Assembly (NCBI GenBank): GCA_965262715.1
Contig: OZ253553.1
Span: 1,248,001-1,312,000 of the forward strand
Source: Bdellovibrionales bacterium
GTDB taxonomy: Bacteria; Bdellovibrionota; Bdellovibrionia; Bdellovibrionales; JAUICD01
Reading direction: 5' to 3'
Length of the DNA: 64,000 bases
Below are positions 63,090 to 64,000 of the stretch, one piece after another. Position 1 is the first letter of the stretch, and every line of letters starts with the position of its first letter. A program made the translations under genes and the position numbers. The notes beneath the pieces were generated by a model. The model was not told the origin of the DNA. It did no database searches and saw nothing but the letters and a program-made list of their open reading frames with translations.

Positions 63090-63347
63090 GAAGCGATCTC
63101 AAAAATGCTAGGTCTACTATTTGAACTTACCTTAATGTAAGACCATAGAGTTATGGCAGACTTCTTCCATAAGCAACCAGTCAACCCAAAGTGCCTTGTA
63201 TTGCTGTCATTTTATAATTTTATTATAGAATAAAGTATTTTAATGAAAATTTTATTTCTTGAGGCACTGGCCTTACGCTTATTCCAAGCCTGCCATAACT
63301 CTATCTCAATATTGCAAAATGCAAAACTTATTTTGTCAGACCGCTTC
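63090..63347 (+). mobile_element. MITE-like shell carrying a family-3 repeat
   Basis: Left GAAGCGATCTCAAAAATGCTA, right TTATTTTGTCAGACCGCTTC. Internal 63145-63304 bounded by the 15-bp IR ATAGAGTTATGGCAG/CTGCCATAACTCTAT. Confidence 0.7.
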
Positions 63348-63355
63348 TTCTAATC

Positions 63356-63970
63356 TTATGGAGAAAGGATCTTTTTTTGCCATATATTTTTTTTTGGTTT
63401 TTCTTTATCTAATACAAATGTCATTCGATGATTCAATCGATCCTTCTCTCCAATCCAAAATTCAAAATAATAAGGCTGTACTTGAAACCCTCCCCAGTGT
63501 AGAGGTCTTGGAACAACTTGAGGGTATTTTTTTTGAAATTTTTGAATACGAGCTTTTAATTCCTCTCGATTTACAATCTCTTGGCTTTGCTGAGAAGCCC
63601 ATGCGCCAATCTGACTCCCATAAGAACGTGAGGCGAAATAAATATCTGACTGCTCAGATGTTACTTTTGCAGCCCGGCCATTAATTCTTATTTGCCTCTG
63701 TGGGAAATCAGAATAGAAAAGTAAAGCCACATGAGGATTCTCTTGAATGTTCTTAGATTTCTGACTTTGATAATTTGTGTAAAAAGTGAACCCTGAATCT
63801 GAAATCTCTTTTAAAAGAACTACGCGAACTGAAGGAATACCTTTCTTACTAGATGTCACTAAGGTCATCGCAGTAGGTTCAGATAATTTTAATTTTTGGA
63901 TATCTTGATACCATATTTTAAAAATATCAAAGGGATCAGTACAGTTATAGAAATACTCTAGATCCTTCAT
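63356..63970 (-). CDS. pdxH: pyridoxamine 5'-phosphate oxidase
   Basis: PSVRVVLLK, FYTNY.S.K, YFASR...SQIGAWASQQS, RP.HWGG, EFW. Confidence 0.97.
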   Translation of the reverse strand: MKDLEYFYNCTDPFDIFKIWYQDIQKLKLSEPTAMTLVTSSKKGIPSVRVVLLKEISDSGFTFYTNYQSQKSKNIQENPHVALLFYSDFPQRQIRINGRAAKVTSEQSDIYFASRSYGSQIGAWASQQSQEIVNREELKARIQKFQKKYPQVVPRPLHWGGFQVQPYYFEFWIGEKDRLNHRMTFVLDKEKPKKNIWQKKILSP

Positions 63971-64000
63971 AACATATAAACCCTCAAAGTCCCTATTTTT

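Noticed and set aside
63259..63684. 141-aa ORF on + strand
   Set aside because: Starts inside a repeat and is antisense to pdxH

Overview
AT-rich bacterial chromosomal window. Several proteins (47051-47830, FHA protein, UbiB kinase, XerD-like recombinase, LysM/TsaP-like protein) look most like Bdellovibrionota to me. That assignment is recall, not a search result. Housekeeping genes (lipB, mutS, a stand-alone fusA, acpP-fabF, rpsF-rplI, etfB, serA, tilS, pstSC, feoAB, carAB, rnr, xerD-like, ychF, pdxH, one tRNA-Met(CAT)) are interspersed with signal-peptide accessory proteins: four ankyrin-like proteins, a secreted multi-HTH protein, three lipoproteins at two sigma54-promoter loci, and a frameshifted zinc peptidase. 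The most striking unexplained feature is a dense system of intergenic repeats. (1) A ~145-165 bp three-way-junction hairpin module occurs about 11-12 times; its stems show many compensatory substitutions and it ends in a conserved TWACA-N3-TGTTARGG tail. (2) An IS-like terminal-inverted-repeat shell encloses different cargo modules at different loci. (3) Two further repeat families and a 204-bp tandem amplification are present. No intact transposase, integron integrase or cas gene is in the window. Many normally compact operons appear fragmented.
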